The translations under genes and the position numbers were made by a program. Under the pieces are notes generated by a model that was given only the letters and a program-made list of their open reading frames with translations, did not search any database and was not told the DNA's origin. 64,000 nt of DNA from an uncultured Candidatus Rokubacteria bacterium (GTDB lineage Bacteria; Methylomirabilota; Methylomirabilia; Rokubacteriales; DASRDR01). This document shows positions 41,531 through 50,764 of the stretch, piece after piece (positions within the stretch are counted from its first letter, which is position 1; each line of letters starts with the position of its first letter). The stretch covers positions 128,001-192,000 of the forward strand of contig CAWGVS010000007.1 of the NCBI GenBank assembly GCA_963826115.1. The letters are read 5' to 3'.

Positions 41531-41893
41531 CTAGCCCGACCGGCCGAGCTCCTCGCGGATCTGGAAGGCGTAGCGCACCGACTTCATCGCGAGGCTCCCG
41601 CCCATGTAGAGGCCGATGTCGAGGGTCTCGGCGAACTCTGCGTCCGTGGCACCCTGGAGGAGCACCTCCTCCACGCGGTGCTCGATTCATTCCCAGCAGT
41701 TCGTCGCCACCGCGACCGCGAGCGCGGTCAGCTCCTTGTGCTTCTTCGAGAGGGCGCCGTCGGCGAAGACCTCGCGCCCGAGCGTCTTCATGGACTTCGC
41801 GACCTTCATCGGCGAGCGCGCGATCGCGCCGTCGAGGTGGGCCCGCCGCGCCTGGCGGCCGGCCCGGTCGAGATGCGGGGTGATGGGATCCAT
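41531..41893 (-). CDS. Carboxymuconolactone decarboxylase/AhpD-family protein with in-frame UGA (CxxU), probable selenoprotein
   Basis: AGGAGG SD. DGALSKKHKELTALAVAVATNCWE-TGA(41689-41687)-IEHRVEEVLLQGATDAEFAETLDIGLYMGG continues to TAG at 41533-41531. Confidence 0.85.
41655..41673 (-). other. Candidate bacterial SECIS hairpin
   Basis: UGGAGGAG-GUG-CUCCUCCA, a perfect 8-bp stem starting 13 nt after the UGA, with the apical loop starting GU. Confidence 0.65.
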
Positions 41894-41919
41894 CGGGAGC
41901 CTCCTTTCGGTGTCGTGCC

Positions 41920-42792
41920 TCACGTTGCAGGCTTCGGGGGGATCGGATCGACGCCGAGAATCCAGCCTTCGCGGCGCGCCGCCGCGGGGAGGCGGCTCCG
42001 CTCGGTCAGCGGCCAGCATCCCGACGCCATCGTGACGGCGGCCGCGAGGGCGTCGATCGCGTGGTCGGAGCGCGCCGCGCGCTGTCGGTGCACCGCGGAG
42101 AGTCGGATCTCTTGGCGGCGCAGCTCGCGGACGTGGCGCCGGCGCGCGCCGGCGTCGCTCTTGACCACGCGCCCGAGGGCCAGGCGCGGCCAGATCTCGG
42201 CCACGACGAGCGGCGCGCCCGCGGGATCCTCGAATGGCCAGACGCGCACGGCGGGCGCCTGCCGCTTCAGCTCGGCGAGGGCCGCGATTCCCGTGATGGC
42301 GGCCTTCCCGACCTGACGGGCTCCCACGAAGCCATAGCGACCGTTCGCACGCCGCAGCGCGCGGAGCGGCGACTCGGCCCCCTGCGTCTGCCGCAGGCGC
42401 TCGACGCCTCGGCGGGTCCGCCGATCCCCGCGACCGCCGCACCTCCGCCACCACTCGCCGCACGCGTCGATGAAGGCGTCGGCCGCCACGAGGGACGCCA
42501 TGTGGGCGAGCAGCGCCGAGAAGTCCCGCATGCGCAGGCGATCGAGGAACGGGACGGCGTAGGAGAACGGAAAATCCAGGCCGACCAGCGTCGGCACTCC
42601 GTCCCCGGCGAGCGCGGCGAGCCAGCCCACGAGCTCCTGGCGATCACGGCCCCCGGCGAGCGCGGTCACCGCCCGACCGCCCGCGCCCAGCTCGACCACG
42701 CACGCGACGATGGCCTCCCGCTGCGCCCTCGGATCGCGCGCCCCCGACCAGTCGATGGCGACGAATCGCGCGGGGACGGACGAGGCTGCCAC
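41920..42792 (-). CDS. DUF429-like predicted RNase H-fold nuclease
   Basis: VAIDWSGA, VGLDFPF, EIWP, DHAIDA, EGWI. Start GTG 42792. Confidence 0.7.
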   Translation of the reverse strand: MAASSVPARFVAIDWSGARDPRAQREAIVACVVELGAGGRAVTALAGGRDRQELVGWLAALAGDGVPTLVGLDFPFSYAVPFLDRLRMRDFSALLAHMASLVAADAFIDACGEWWRRCGGRGDRRTRRGVERLRQTQGAESPLRALRRANGRYGFVGARQVGKAAITGIAALAELKRQAPAVRVWPFEDPAGAPLVVAEIWPRLALGRVVKSDAGARRRHVRELRRQEIRLSAVHRQRAARSDHAIDALAAAVTMASGCWPLTERSRLPAAARREGWILGVDPIPPKPAT

Positions 42793-42800
42793 CGGCTCCG

Positions 42801-43472
42801 TCAGTCCAGGATCGCGATGGCGCGCGCCGGCGCGCCGTCGCCGCCCTCGAGCCGGAGCGGGAGCGCGACGAAGCGGACGCGCTCGCGACCGATCCGGTCG
42901 AGGTTCACCAGGTACTCGATGACGCCGATCCCGGCGGGGAAGAACGTGTGGTGCGTCGCCCACTCCTCGGGGGCGATCGCGCGCCGGCGCCCGGTGACGA
43001 GCTCGCGCACCGGCTGGTCCGGCGGGTAGTCGTAGCCGACCGCCTTCACCCCGCGCGCCACCAGCCAGCGGCAGGCCGACAGGCTCGTCCACGGCGCCTC
43101 GGTCCAGAACTCGAGCGTCTCCCAGGACCGCCGCCGCGGCCAGTCGGTGCGGAGGAGCGCGATGTCGCCCGGCCGCACGTGCTGGCCCCGCGCCTCGAGG
43201 TCGGCGGCCTCGACCGCCGTGTTCGCGCCGACGTGGGTCAGGTCGACCACCGACGCCTCGCCCACCCACGTCTCGAGGGGCATCTGGTCGACCGGAAGGC
43301 CGCCAGGGAGGAAGTGGTTGACGCCGTCGCAGTGGGTGAAGCCGTGGCCGGGCATGGCCAGCCGGCTCGAGCGGAAGGGATGGGACGGGTCCTCGAAGTT
43401 CGAGACGACGGTCACCTCGGTCTTCCAGCGGACGTGCGCGCGGATCGGGAGCGAGAGGTCGACGATGGTCAC
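42801..43472 (-). CDS. Cyclase / kynurenine formamidase-family metal hydrolase
   Basis: DLSLPI, HGFTHCDG, LLRTDW, EYLVNL, DGAPARA. Confidence 0.9.
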   Translation of the reverse strand: MTIVDLSLPIRAHVRWKTEVTVVSNFEDPSHPFRSSRLAMPGHGFTHCDGVNHFLPGGLPVDQMPLETWVGEASVVDLTHVGANTAVEAADLEARGQHVRPGDIALLRTDWPRRRSWETLEFWTEAPWTSLSACRWLVARGVKAVGYDYPPDQPVRELVTGRRRAIAPEEWATHHTFFPAGIGVIEYLVNLDRIGRERVRFVALPLRLEGGDGAPARAIAILD

Positions 43473-43475
43473 CGC

Positions 43476-43982
43476 TCAGCCTCCGAGCCCGACGGCGAGG
43501 TGGCGCGCGACCTCGGCGGGCGTCAGCCGCTCCACCGGATCGCCGGCCGCGACCTCGCCCGGGAGGAGAACCCGCGCGTACACGCGGCTCCACCCGGGGT
43601 GCCGCGTCTCGGACACGCGCGAGTACGCGCCGTCGAGGAACGCCGGCCGGACGGTCAGGCAGGGACTGGTGAACCGCGTGATCTGCACGAGGACTTCCTC
43701 CCCCAGGCGGTAGAAGTCGCCCGGCTGGACGTGGGGCCAGTCGAACCCCGACACGGTGAGGTTCTCGCCGAGCGTGCCCGGCTCGACGGGGTGGCCCTCC
43801 GCCTGGAGGTCCTCGATGCGCTCGAGGGAGAAGAGGCAGAGCGCGCGATCCGGCCCCCCGTGAAGCTCTCGGTTCCGGTGGGCGTCGCCCTCGAGTCCCG
43901 AGCGCAGCACCCGGGCGCGCGGGACGGGACGCTTCGGCACCCCGCCCGGCGACACGTTGATCTGGACGATGCGCCCGGTCAT
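43476..43982 (-). CDS. MOSC domain protein (YiiM-like)
   Basis: SPGGVPK, GLEGD, HGGPDRA, GENLT, TSPC, YARVL. Start ATG 43982. Confidence 0.92.
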   Translation of the reverse strand: MTGRIVQINVSPGGVPKRPVPRARVLRSGLEGDAHRNRELHGGPDRALCLFSLERIEDLQAEGHPVEPGTLGENLTVSGFDWPHVQPGDFYRLGEEVLVQITRFTSPCLTVRPAFLDGAYSRVSETRHPGWSRVYARVLLPGEVAAGDPVERLTPAEVARHLAVGLGG

Positions 43983-43987
43983 CCGGG

Positions 43988-45043
43988 TCAATCGAAGACG
44001 AAGACGCCCTTCCCCGTGGTCTGGGTGTCGAAGAGCCGGTAGGCGTCGGCGGCCTGCGGGAGCTGGAAACGGTGGGTGAGGAGCCGCGGGAGCGGCACCC
44101 GGCGCTTGACGATGAACCGGGCGCACTCCGCCTGGATCAGCGTGCTGAAGGTCCACGAGGCGTGGATCGTGAGCTGACGCCGCAAGAGGTCCGGGCTCAC
44201 GTCGAAGGTCACCTGGTTCCCCTCGCCGACGAAGCCCACCCGGCCCCAGGTCCGGGTGGCCCGCGCCGCCGCCCGGCGCGCGTCGGGATGTCCCGTGCAG
44301 TCGAGCGCGGCGTCCACGCCTTCGCCGTCGGTGAGGGCCTTCAGCGCCTCCACCACGTCCGTCGCGCCGGGATCGATCACCCCGTCGGCGCCGAGCTCCC
44401 GGCCGAGCGCTCGGCGCTCCGGACCCACGTCGACCGCGATGACGCGCGCGCCCATCGCCACCCCCAGCATCGTCGCGGACAGGCCGACCGGCCCCTGGCC
44501 GAAGACGGCGAGCGTGTCGCGGCCGGACACGTCGAGGCGGCGCAGCGCCTGGTACGCGGTCCCGGTCCCGCAGGAGATGGCGGCGCCCTCCTCGAACGAG
44601 AGTTCGTCGGGCAAGGGCACCAGGGTCGAGACGGGCACCGTCATGTACGGCGCGTGACCGCCGTGCCCCGTGATCCCGTACACCACGATCCCGCGGGGAC
44701 AGAGCTGCGCCCACCCGGCCCGGCAGTGCTTGCACTGCCCGCAGCCCTTGTAATGGTGGTTCATGACGCGCGCGCCGACGGGCGCGTCGCGCTCGAGCAC
44801 GCCGGGCCCGCGCTCGGCCACGACCCCGCAGGGCTCGTGGCCGGCGATGCAGGGGCCGCCACCGCCGCCGAGCCCGAGGCTCTGGGCCGCCCCGCCGCTC
44901 CGCGACGCGCGATAGGGGTGGAGGTCGCTCCCGCACATGCCCGAAGCCTTCATGGCCAGCACGACCTCGCCCGGCCCGGGGCGGGGATCGGGGAACTCCC
45001 GGAGCTCCAGCTCGCGCTCGCCGAGAAAGACGACTCCGCGCAT
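43988..45043 (-). CDS. Zn-binding dehydrogenase (MDR)
   Basis: CGSDLH, GHE, CGQCKHC..C, GQGPVG. Confidence 0.93.
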   Translation of the reverse strand: MRGVVFLGERELELREFPDPRPGPGEVVLAMKASGMCGSDLHPYRASRSGGAAQSLGLGGGGGPCIAGHEPCGVVAERGPGVLERDAPVGARVMNHHYKGCGQCKHCRAGWAQLCPRGIVVYGITGHGGHAPYMTVPVSTLVPLPDELSFEEGAAISCGTGTAYQALRRLDVSGRDTLAVFGQGPVGLSATMLGVAMGARVIAVDVGPERRALGRELGADGVIDPGATDVVEALKALTDGEGVDAALDCTGHPDARRAAARATRTWGRVGFVGEGNQVTFDVSPDLLRRQLTIHASWTFSTLIQAECARFIVKRRVPLPRLLTHRFQLPQAADAYRLFDTQTTGKGVFVFD

Positions 45044-45076
45044 GGTGCTCGCTCTGCCTCCCGGTTCAGGTGGTGC

Positions 45077-45613
45077 TCAGGTGCGGTTTCCGCGCGCCCG
45101 CCGGGCCGGAGCCTCGGACGGCGTGAGGACGCTCACCTGGAACGCGATGCCGGCGACGGCAAGCCCGAGGAAGATCCACGGGCGCACGCCGGCGGAGACC
45201 GGCGCCAGGGGCGCGAGGAGCGCGGCGCCGACCAGGGCCGACAAGAGGATCAGGACGGGGTCCCAGAGCCACAGGACGAGGGCCGCGACGACGATGCCCG
45301 CCGCGAACGCGAGCGCCGAGAGCCAGGGGCCCTGGAGCCCGAGCGCCGCCGCGGCCGCGAGGCCGCCGTAGACGCCCGCCGCGAACCCGCCGAGCCCGAC
45401 GGCCAGCCACTGGAAGACGACCGCGAGCACCGCGCCCCCGATCCCCAGGACGAGCGCGGCCACCACGACCAGCCACTCCGGGCCGTCGACGACCTTCGGC
45501 GCCAGGTGGAGACCCACGGCGAACCCGGCGGCGCCGACGAAGACCCAGAACAGGCGGCGCCCGAACAGGAGGACGGCAAGCCCGACGGCGACGGTCACCC
45601 ACCAGCTGTCCAT
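45077..45613 (-). CDS. DUF4203-like membrane protein
   Basis: About six TM helices, FGRRLF, GF..G, GIAFQ. Confidence 0.75.
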   Translation of the reverse strand: MDSWWVTVAVGLAVLLFGRRLFWVFVGAAGFAVGLHLAPKVVDGPEWLVVVAALVLGIGGAVLAVVFQWLAVGLGGFAAGVYGGLAAAAALGLQGPWLSALAFAAGIVVAALVLWLWDPVLILLSALVGAALLAPLAPVSAGVRPWIFLGLAVAGIAFQVSVLTPSEAPARRARGNRT

Positions 45614-45667
45614 GGGCGCGAGCGTACTACGGGGCCACGGGGGCCGTCATCCCTCGTCGGGCCGCGC

Positions 45668-46618
45668 TCAGGGCACGACCCGCGTGCCCGCGCGGCCGTC
45701 CAGCGCCGCGCGGAGGGCCGGAAGCGAGGTGACGATCGCCTCGCGGCCGCCCGCGGTGACGAAGTCGATGGCCGCCTCGATCTTGGGGCCGATCGACGCG
45801 GCCGGAAACTCTCGCGCGGCGAGGAGCGCGCGCGCCTCCGCGACGGACAGATGCTCGACGCCGATCGCCCGCGCCGTGCGGTGCCCGACCTCGACCTGAT
45901 CGACGCCGGTGAGGAAGACCAGGCGGTCCGCGTCGAGCGCCGTCGCGAGGAGCGCGGCGGTCGCGTCCTCCTCGAGGACGGCGTCGACGCCCCGATGCTC
46001 CGCGCCCGTGTCGATCACCGGGACGCCGCCGCCCACGGCGGCGATCGTGAGGGCGCCGCCGTCGGCGAGCTGCCGGATCGCGGCCGCCTCGAGGATGCGG
46101 CGCGGTCGGGGCGCGGCCACGACCCGCCGCTGCGCCGCGCCGGCGCGGCCGGCGAACGTCCAGCCGTGCTCGCGCGCGAGCCGCCGCGCCGCGGCGGCCG
46201 AGCAGGGCGGCCCGACGGCCCGCGTCGGCCGCGCGAAGGCCGGATCGTCGGCGCTCACCTCGACGCGCGTCACGACCACCGCGATCGGGAGCTCGACGCC
46301 GCGGGCGCGGGCGACGTTCCCGAGCGCCTGCAGGACCCCGTAGCCCGCGGTCCCCTGCGTCTCGGCGGCGCGGAGATCGAGCGGCCGCGGGGGGGGCGCC
46401 GGACGGCCGCGCCCACCGCCGCGTGGAGCGTCCTCGGACGGGGCATCGCCCGGGACCAGCACCACCCGGAACCCCGCGGCCACGACGTCGAGGAGCGGCG
46501 ACAGGCTCCGCTCGAGGGCGCGGCGCCACGCGTCGCGCCCGCGCGGCCGGCCCGGCCCCTCGAGGGCCCGGCCACCCAGCGCCACGACGAGGAGACGCTG
46601 GTCGCGCGACGGGCTCAC
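45668..46618 (-). CDS. Carbamate kinase-like protein with degenerate catalytic motifs
   Basis: VVALGG, AETQG, TRVEV..DDPAF, RRVVAAPRP, GGGVPV, LTGVD, GPKI, GTRV. Start GTG 46618. Confidence 0.85.
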   Translation of the reverse strand: MSPSRDQRLLVVALGGRALEGPGRPRGRDAWRRALERSLSPLLDVVAAGFRVVLVPGDAPSEDAPRGGGRGRPAPPPRPLDLRAAETQGTAGYGVLQALGNVARARGVELPIAVVVTRVEVSADDPAFARPTRAVGPPCSAAAARRLAREHGWTFAGRAGAAQRRVVAAPRPRRILEAAAIRQLADGGALTIAAVGGGVPVIDTGAEHRGVDAVLEEDATAALLATALDADRLVFLTGVDQVEVGHRTARAIGVEHLSVAEARALLAAREFPAASIGPKIEAAIDFVTAGGREAIVTSLPALRAALDGRAGTRVVP

Positions 46619-47871
46619 GCGACGCCCCGCGCCCGCGCGAGCGCTTCCAGCGCGGCGATGAAGCAGCCGAGGGGCGCGCGGACGGTCCCCGCGCCGACCT
46701 GCCCGGTCCCCGCGCGCCGCCCCGCGATGCCGGTGTTGATGAGCGGCGTGATGCCGGTCTCCACGACGCGCCGGACGTCGATCCCAACGGGCGCGCCGCG
46801 GTCGTCGTCGGTCGCGATGCGGAAGTGCGGGTGCTCGCCGAGGGTGATCTCCCGCATGTCGGCCGTGACCGCGCGCGCCGCCGCGAGCCCACCCGCGCCG
46901 ACGAACCGCGCGGCCGCCGGCGACGCCGCCATCGCCATCCCGCCCAGCCCGATCGTCTCGACGATGGCCGAGTCGCCCATGTCGGGATTCGCGTCCTCGG
47001 GCCCGAAGCCCGGGAAGAACAGGCCCTCGGGCGTCTCGACGGGTGCCGTGAACCAGCGCGACCCGCAGCCCGCGACGCGGATCCCGAACTCGGCGCCGTT
47101 GCGGGCCATCGCGGTGACGATCGTCGAGCCCGGCACGTCCGCGGCGGGGTCGGTGGCCGCCTTCCCCGCCGCCATCGCGACGTTCAGGAAGAACTGGTCG
47201 TTCCCGCAGACGAACGCCGCAAGCCGGGCAAGCGCGCCGTCGCCGGCCTCCGCGCAGAGCGCGGGGAGGAGCCCGCGCGCCAGGAGCGAGGACGCGGCCA
47301 CGTTCCGCTGGTGCATCTCGTCGCCCATGAGGAGGGCCTGCGTCATGAGCGGGCGCAGGGCGACGCCGCCCAGCCGGCGGAGCGCGCGGCCGAGCCGGGG
47401 ACCTGCCTCGTCGCGGAGCCACGCCAGGCGCTCCAGCACGGGCGCGTCGTGGGCGCCGAAGCGCAGGACACGGCCGAGCCCCTCGTTGATCGCCGCGCAC
47501 GCGCGGTTCCCGAACGCACGGTTCTCGACGACGAGGACGGGCATCGACCGGGTCACGAGCCCGGTCATCGGGCCCACGGCGCCCAGGTGGTGGCAGGGCT
47601 CGAAGCGCACGCCGCCCGACGCGGCAAGCCGCTCGGCCGCCTCGTCCGACGCGGCCCAGCCCTCGTAGCGGAGCGCGCCCACGACGGCGCCGCGGAGCGG
47701 CGGGCACATGGCCGTCCACGCGATCGGCGGCCCCGCGTGGAGAACCACGCGGTCCTCGAGGCCCAGCGCCTCGCCGGCCGGGATGCAGTCGACCAGGACG
47801 GGCTCGGCGGCGACCAGGCGCGCGAGCGCCTCGCGGTTCGCCGCCGCGACACCGGGCAGCGCAACGTTCAC
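46615..47871 (-). CDS. DUF1116 (YlbE/AllG/YahG-like) protein
   Basis: LHAGPP, EGLG..LRFG, MGDEMHQRN, FFLN..MAA, RNG, DMGDSAI.ET.G.GG, INTGI. Start GTG 47871. Confidence 0.92.
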   Translation of the reverse strand: MNVALPGVAAANREALARLVAAEPVLVDCIPAGEALGLEDRVVLHAGPPIAWTAMCPPLRGAVVGALRYEGWAASDEAAERLAASGGVRFEPCHHLGAVGPMTGLVTRSMPVLVVENRAFGNRACAAINEGLGRVLRFGAHDAPVLERLAWLRDEAGPRLGRALRRLGGVALRPLMTQALLMGDEMHQRNVAASSLLARGLLPALCAEAGDGALARLAAFVCGNDQFFLNVAMAAGKAATDPAADVPGSTIVTAMARNGAEFGIRVAGCGSRWFTAPVETPEGLFFPGFGPEDANPDMGDSAIVETIGLGGMAMAASPAAARFVGAGGLAAARAVTADMREITLGEHPHFRIATDDDRGAPVGIDVRRVVETGITPLINTGIAGRRAGTGQVGAGTVRAPLGCFIAALEALARARGVA

Positions 47872-47877
47872 CGCGGC

Positions 47878-47907
47878 ATGATCCCGCCCCGCCGGCGCGT
47901 GCGTCAA
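47878..47907 (-). promoter_or_regulatory. sigma70-like leaderless promoter
   Basis: TTGACG(47907-47902)-N18-GATCAT(47883-47878)-N6-GTG. Confidence 0.6.
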
Positions 47908-47987
47908 TCGGAAATCTGATCATCGGGCCGGCGGTGGCGCGCGTCACGCTCCCGGTGTAGCCTCCGGGTAGCTCGCCCGAGCGGCCG

Positions 47988-49676
47988 ATGTCCACGCCCG
48001 ACCCGTCCGACTCTCTCGACGCGCTGGCGGAGGTGCTGGAGGCGCTGCGCGCGACGCGCTCGCGCCTCGAGAAGCGCCGCCTCCTGGTCGCCTACCTCCG
48101 GGCGCTGCCGGACGACGCGCTGGCGCACGCGGTCACCTATCTCGGCGGGCGGCCGTTCCCCCGCGGCGATGGCCGCACGCTGTCGGTGGGCGGGGCGACC
48201 CTCGATGCGGCGCTCCGCGCGGCGCGGCCGGAGCTGACCGACGAGGACGTCACGGCCGCCTGGCGCCGGCACGCGGACGCGGGCGACGCCGCCGCCGAGC
48301 TCTGGGCCGACACCGCGCCGGCCGATGCCTCGCCGATGCGCCTCGCCGACGTCGCCGCGATCTTCGAGGTCCTTCACCGCGCCCGCGGGCCCCGGGCGAA
48401 GGCGGAGCTGCTCGTCGCCGCGTTCCGGCGCCTGCCCGCCCGCGAGATCCGCGCGTTCGTCAAGGCGATGCTCGGCGAGGCGCGGATCGGCGTCCAGGAG
48501 CAGACCCTGGAGGACGCCGTGGCCCACGCGGTCGGCCAGCCGATCGAGGCCGTCCGCGCCGCGAACCGCCACCGGGCCGACCTCGGCGCGGTCGCGCGGG
48601 AGGCGCGCCGGGGGCCGCTCGAGCCCGCGCGGTTCGCCTACTTCACGCCCGTCGACCCCATGCTCGCGCAGCCGGCCGCCGACGCCGCCGACGCCGTCCG
48701 CCGGCTCGGAGCGCCGCTCTGGGTCGAGGACAAGTACGACGGCGTCCGGTGCCAGCTCCACAAGGTCGACGCGGAGGTCCGCCTCTACTCGCGGGACCGG
48801 CGCGAGCTGACGGTTCAGTTCCCCGAGGTCGTGGCCGGGTTCGCCGCCGCGCCGGGCCGGTACGTCCTGGACGGCGAGGTCCTCGCGATGGAGGACGGCC
48901 GCGCGCGCCCCTTCCTCCGCCTCCAGCAGCGGCTCGGGCGGCTCGAGCCCGCGCCGGACGTCGTGGCCGCGCACCCGGTGGCGCTGGTCGCCTTCGACTG
49001 TCTCGCGCGCGGGGACGAGGGCCTCCTCGACGCGCCGCTCCGGACCCGGCGCGCGGCGCTCGAGAGCCTCCCGCTGCCGGCCGGCCAGGTCCTCGCGCCC
49101 GTGTGGACGGCGACGAGCGCCGACGACCTGGACGCGCTCTTCCGGGCGGCGCAGGCCCGGGGGAACGAGGGATTGATGGTGAAGCAGCCGGATGCGCCCT
49201 ACGCGTCAGGACGCCGGGGCGCCCAGTGGCTCAAGGTCAAGCGTCCGCTCGAGACGCTCGACGTCGTCGTGGTCGGCGCGGAATGGGGCCACGGCAAGCG
49301 CCGCGCCGTGCTCTCCGACGTCACGTTCGCCGTGCGCGACGAGGCGACGGGGCGCCTGGTGACGATCGGCAAGGCCTACAACGGGCTCACCGACGCGGAG
49401 ATCCGCGAGATGACCGAGCGGCTCCTCGCGCTCACCGTCGAGGACCGGGGCCGCTACCGGACCGTGCGGCCCGAGATCGTCCTCGAGGTGGCATTCAACC
49501 ACCTCCAGCGCTCGGCGCGCCACACCGCCGGCTATGCGCTCCGATTCCCGCGCATCGTGCGCGTCCGCGCGGATCGGGCGCCCGAGGGCGCGAGCACGCT
49601 CGCCGACGTGGCCCGCCTCGCGGCCACGCTCGAGGCGGCCGGGCCGCCCTCGACCGGATCGGAGGTCGAGCGCTGA
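47988..49676 (+). CDS. ATP-dependent DNA ligase (LigB/archaeal-type with N-terminal DNA-binding domain)
   Basis: EDKYDG, LDGE, FDCL, EGLMVK, WLKVK, LRFPRI. Confidence 0.95.
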   Translation: MSTPDPSDSLDALAEVLEALRATRSRLEKRRLLVAYLRALPDDALAHAVTYLGGRPFPRGDGRTLSVGGATLDAALRAARPELTDEDVTAAWRRHADAGDAAAELWADTAPADASPMRLADVAAIFEVLHRARGPRAKAELLVAAFRRLPAREIRAFVKAMLGEARIGVQEQTLEDAVAHAVGQPIEAVRAANRHRADLGAVAREARRGPLEPARFAYFTPVDPMLAQPAADAADAVRRLGAPLWVEDKYDGVRCQLHKVDAEVRLYSRDRRELTVQFPEVVAGFAAAPGRYVLDGEVLAMEDGRARPFLRLQQRLGRLEPAPDVVAAHPVALVAFDCLARGDEGLLDAPLRTRRAALESLPLPAGQVLAPVWTATSADDLDALFRAAQARGNEGLMVKQPDAPYASGRRGAQWLKVKRPLETLDVVVVGAEWGHGKRRAVLSDVTFAVRDEATGRLVTIGKAYNGLTDAEIREMTERLLALTVEDRGRYRTVRPEIVLEVAFNHLQRSARHTAGYALRFPRIVRVRADRAPEGASTLADVARLAATLEAAGPPSTGSEVER

Positions 49677-49704
49677 CGGCGCGAGCGTCGCGGGTGCGCC
49701 CGCG

Positions 49705-50376
49705 CTACAGGACGCACCCCGTCTTCGCGATCCCGGCGTAGCGCGTCAGCGCCGGCGGCCAGGCCGGCGAGCGACGCAGGGCGCGCTCGATGACGTCCCC
49801 GACGCGCTCGGGGTAGGCGTGATGCCAGTGCCCCAGGCCGTGGAGCGCGCTCTCCCGGCAGGCCAGCGAGTCGAGGCCCAGCGTCGCTTCCATGACGGAC
49901 AGCGCCACCGTGTCGATCTCCCGGCGGGACGGATCCGCGGGGGCGCCGGCGAGCGGGAGGATGTCCCACCACATGTAGCAGGCCCCGTTCAGAGGGCTCG
50001 CGCCCGGCTCGTCGATGTGGGAGAGATGGGGGGAGCACCGAACGGCAAAGAGCTTCTCGAACAGCGAGGTGAACGACTCGAGACAGCGGACCCGATTCGC
50101 AAGCGGCGCCGACGCGTCCGTCAGCGCGAACATGTGGTCGCTGCCGGCATTGCTGACGAGATACCAGAAGCCCTGGTTCAGCTGCCGATCGTCGTAGCGG
50201 TCGAGGGAGTCCGCGGGATCCCCGAACAGGCGCGTCATGTGCCCGAGCGTCAGCGCGGCGGGGCCCGCCCACACGGGAGTGTCCAGGTCGAAGTACCACG
50301 CCCGATCGGTCACGTCGTGATCGAAGACGTGCGCGACCCAGTCCTCGAACGACAGCGATTCGAGCTGGCGGCTCAT
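49705..50376 (-). CDS. Hypothetical protein
   Basis: MSRQLESLSFEDWV..CYMWWD..RESALHGLGHW, globular composition. Start ATG 50376. Confidence 0.75.
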   Translation of the reverse strand: MSRQLESLSFEDWVAHVFDHDVTDRAWYFDLDTPVWAGPAALTLGHMTRLFGDPADSLDRYDDRQLNQGFWYLVSNAGSDHMFALTDASAPLANRVRCLESFTSLFEKLFAVRCSPHLSHIDEPGASPLNGACYMWWDILPLAGAPADPSRREIDTVALSVMEATLGLDSLACRESALHGLGHWHHAYPERVGDVIERALRRSPAWPPALTRYAGIAKTGCVL

Positions 50377-50383
50377 CCCAACG

Positions 50384-50749
50384 TCAGCGGCCGGCGGCCC
50401 CCGCGAGGGCGGCCAGGACATGGGGCCCCAGGACGATCAGGCCGATGAGCGCCGCGCCCGCGGCGGTGATGAGCACCGCCCCGGCGGCGACGTCCTTCGC
50501 CTGAGCCGCCAGCGGGTGGCGCGCCGGCGACACCAGGTCCGTCAGCCGCTCCACGGCCGTGTTGGAGGCCTCGGCGGCCCAGACGGCCACGATGGCCAGC
50601 ACGATCCAGCACCACTCGGCCCGGGTGAGCTCGAGCCACGCGCCGGCGGCCACGACCGCGGCCGCGACCCCCGCGTGGATCCGGGCGTTCCGCTGCGAGA
50701 GGAAGACCAAGGCGACGCCGCGGAAGGCGCAGCGCAGGCTCTCGATCAT
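50384..50749 (-). CDS. dgkA: Diacylglycerol/undecaprenol kinase family
   Basis: NARIH, EASNTAVE..D, AKDVAAGAV, three TM helices. Confidence 0.9.
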   Translation of the reverse strand: MIESLRCAFRGVALVFLSQRNARIHAGVAAAVVAAGAWLELTRAEWCWIVLAIVAVWAAEASNTAVERLTDLVSPARHPLAAQAKDVAAGAVLITAAGAALIGLIVLGPHVLAALAGAAGR

Positions 50750-50764
50750 GGCGGCGCGCCGAGC

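Noticed and set aside
46619-47995. Apparent 775-aa extended carbamate kinase
   Set aside because: The extension is an alternate frame over DUF1116. The kinase begins at GTG 46618.
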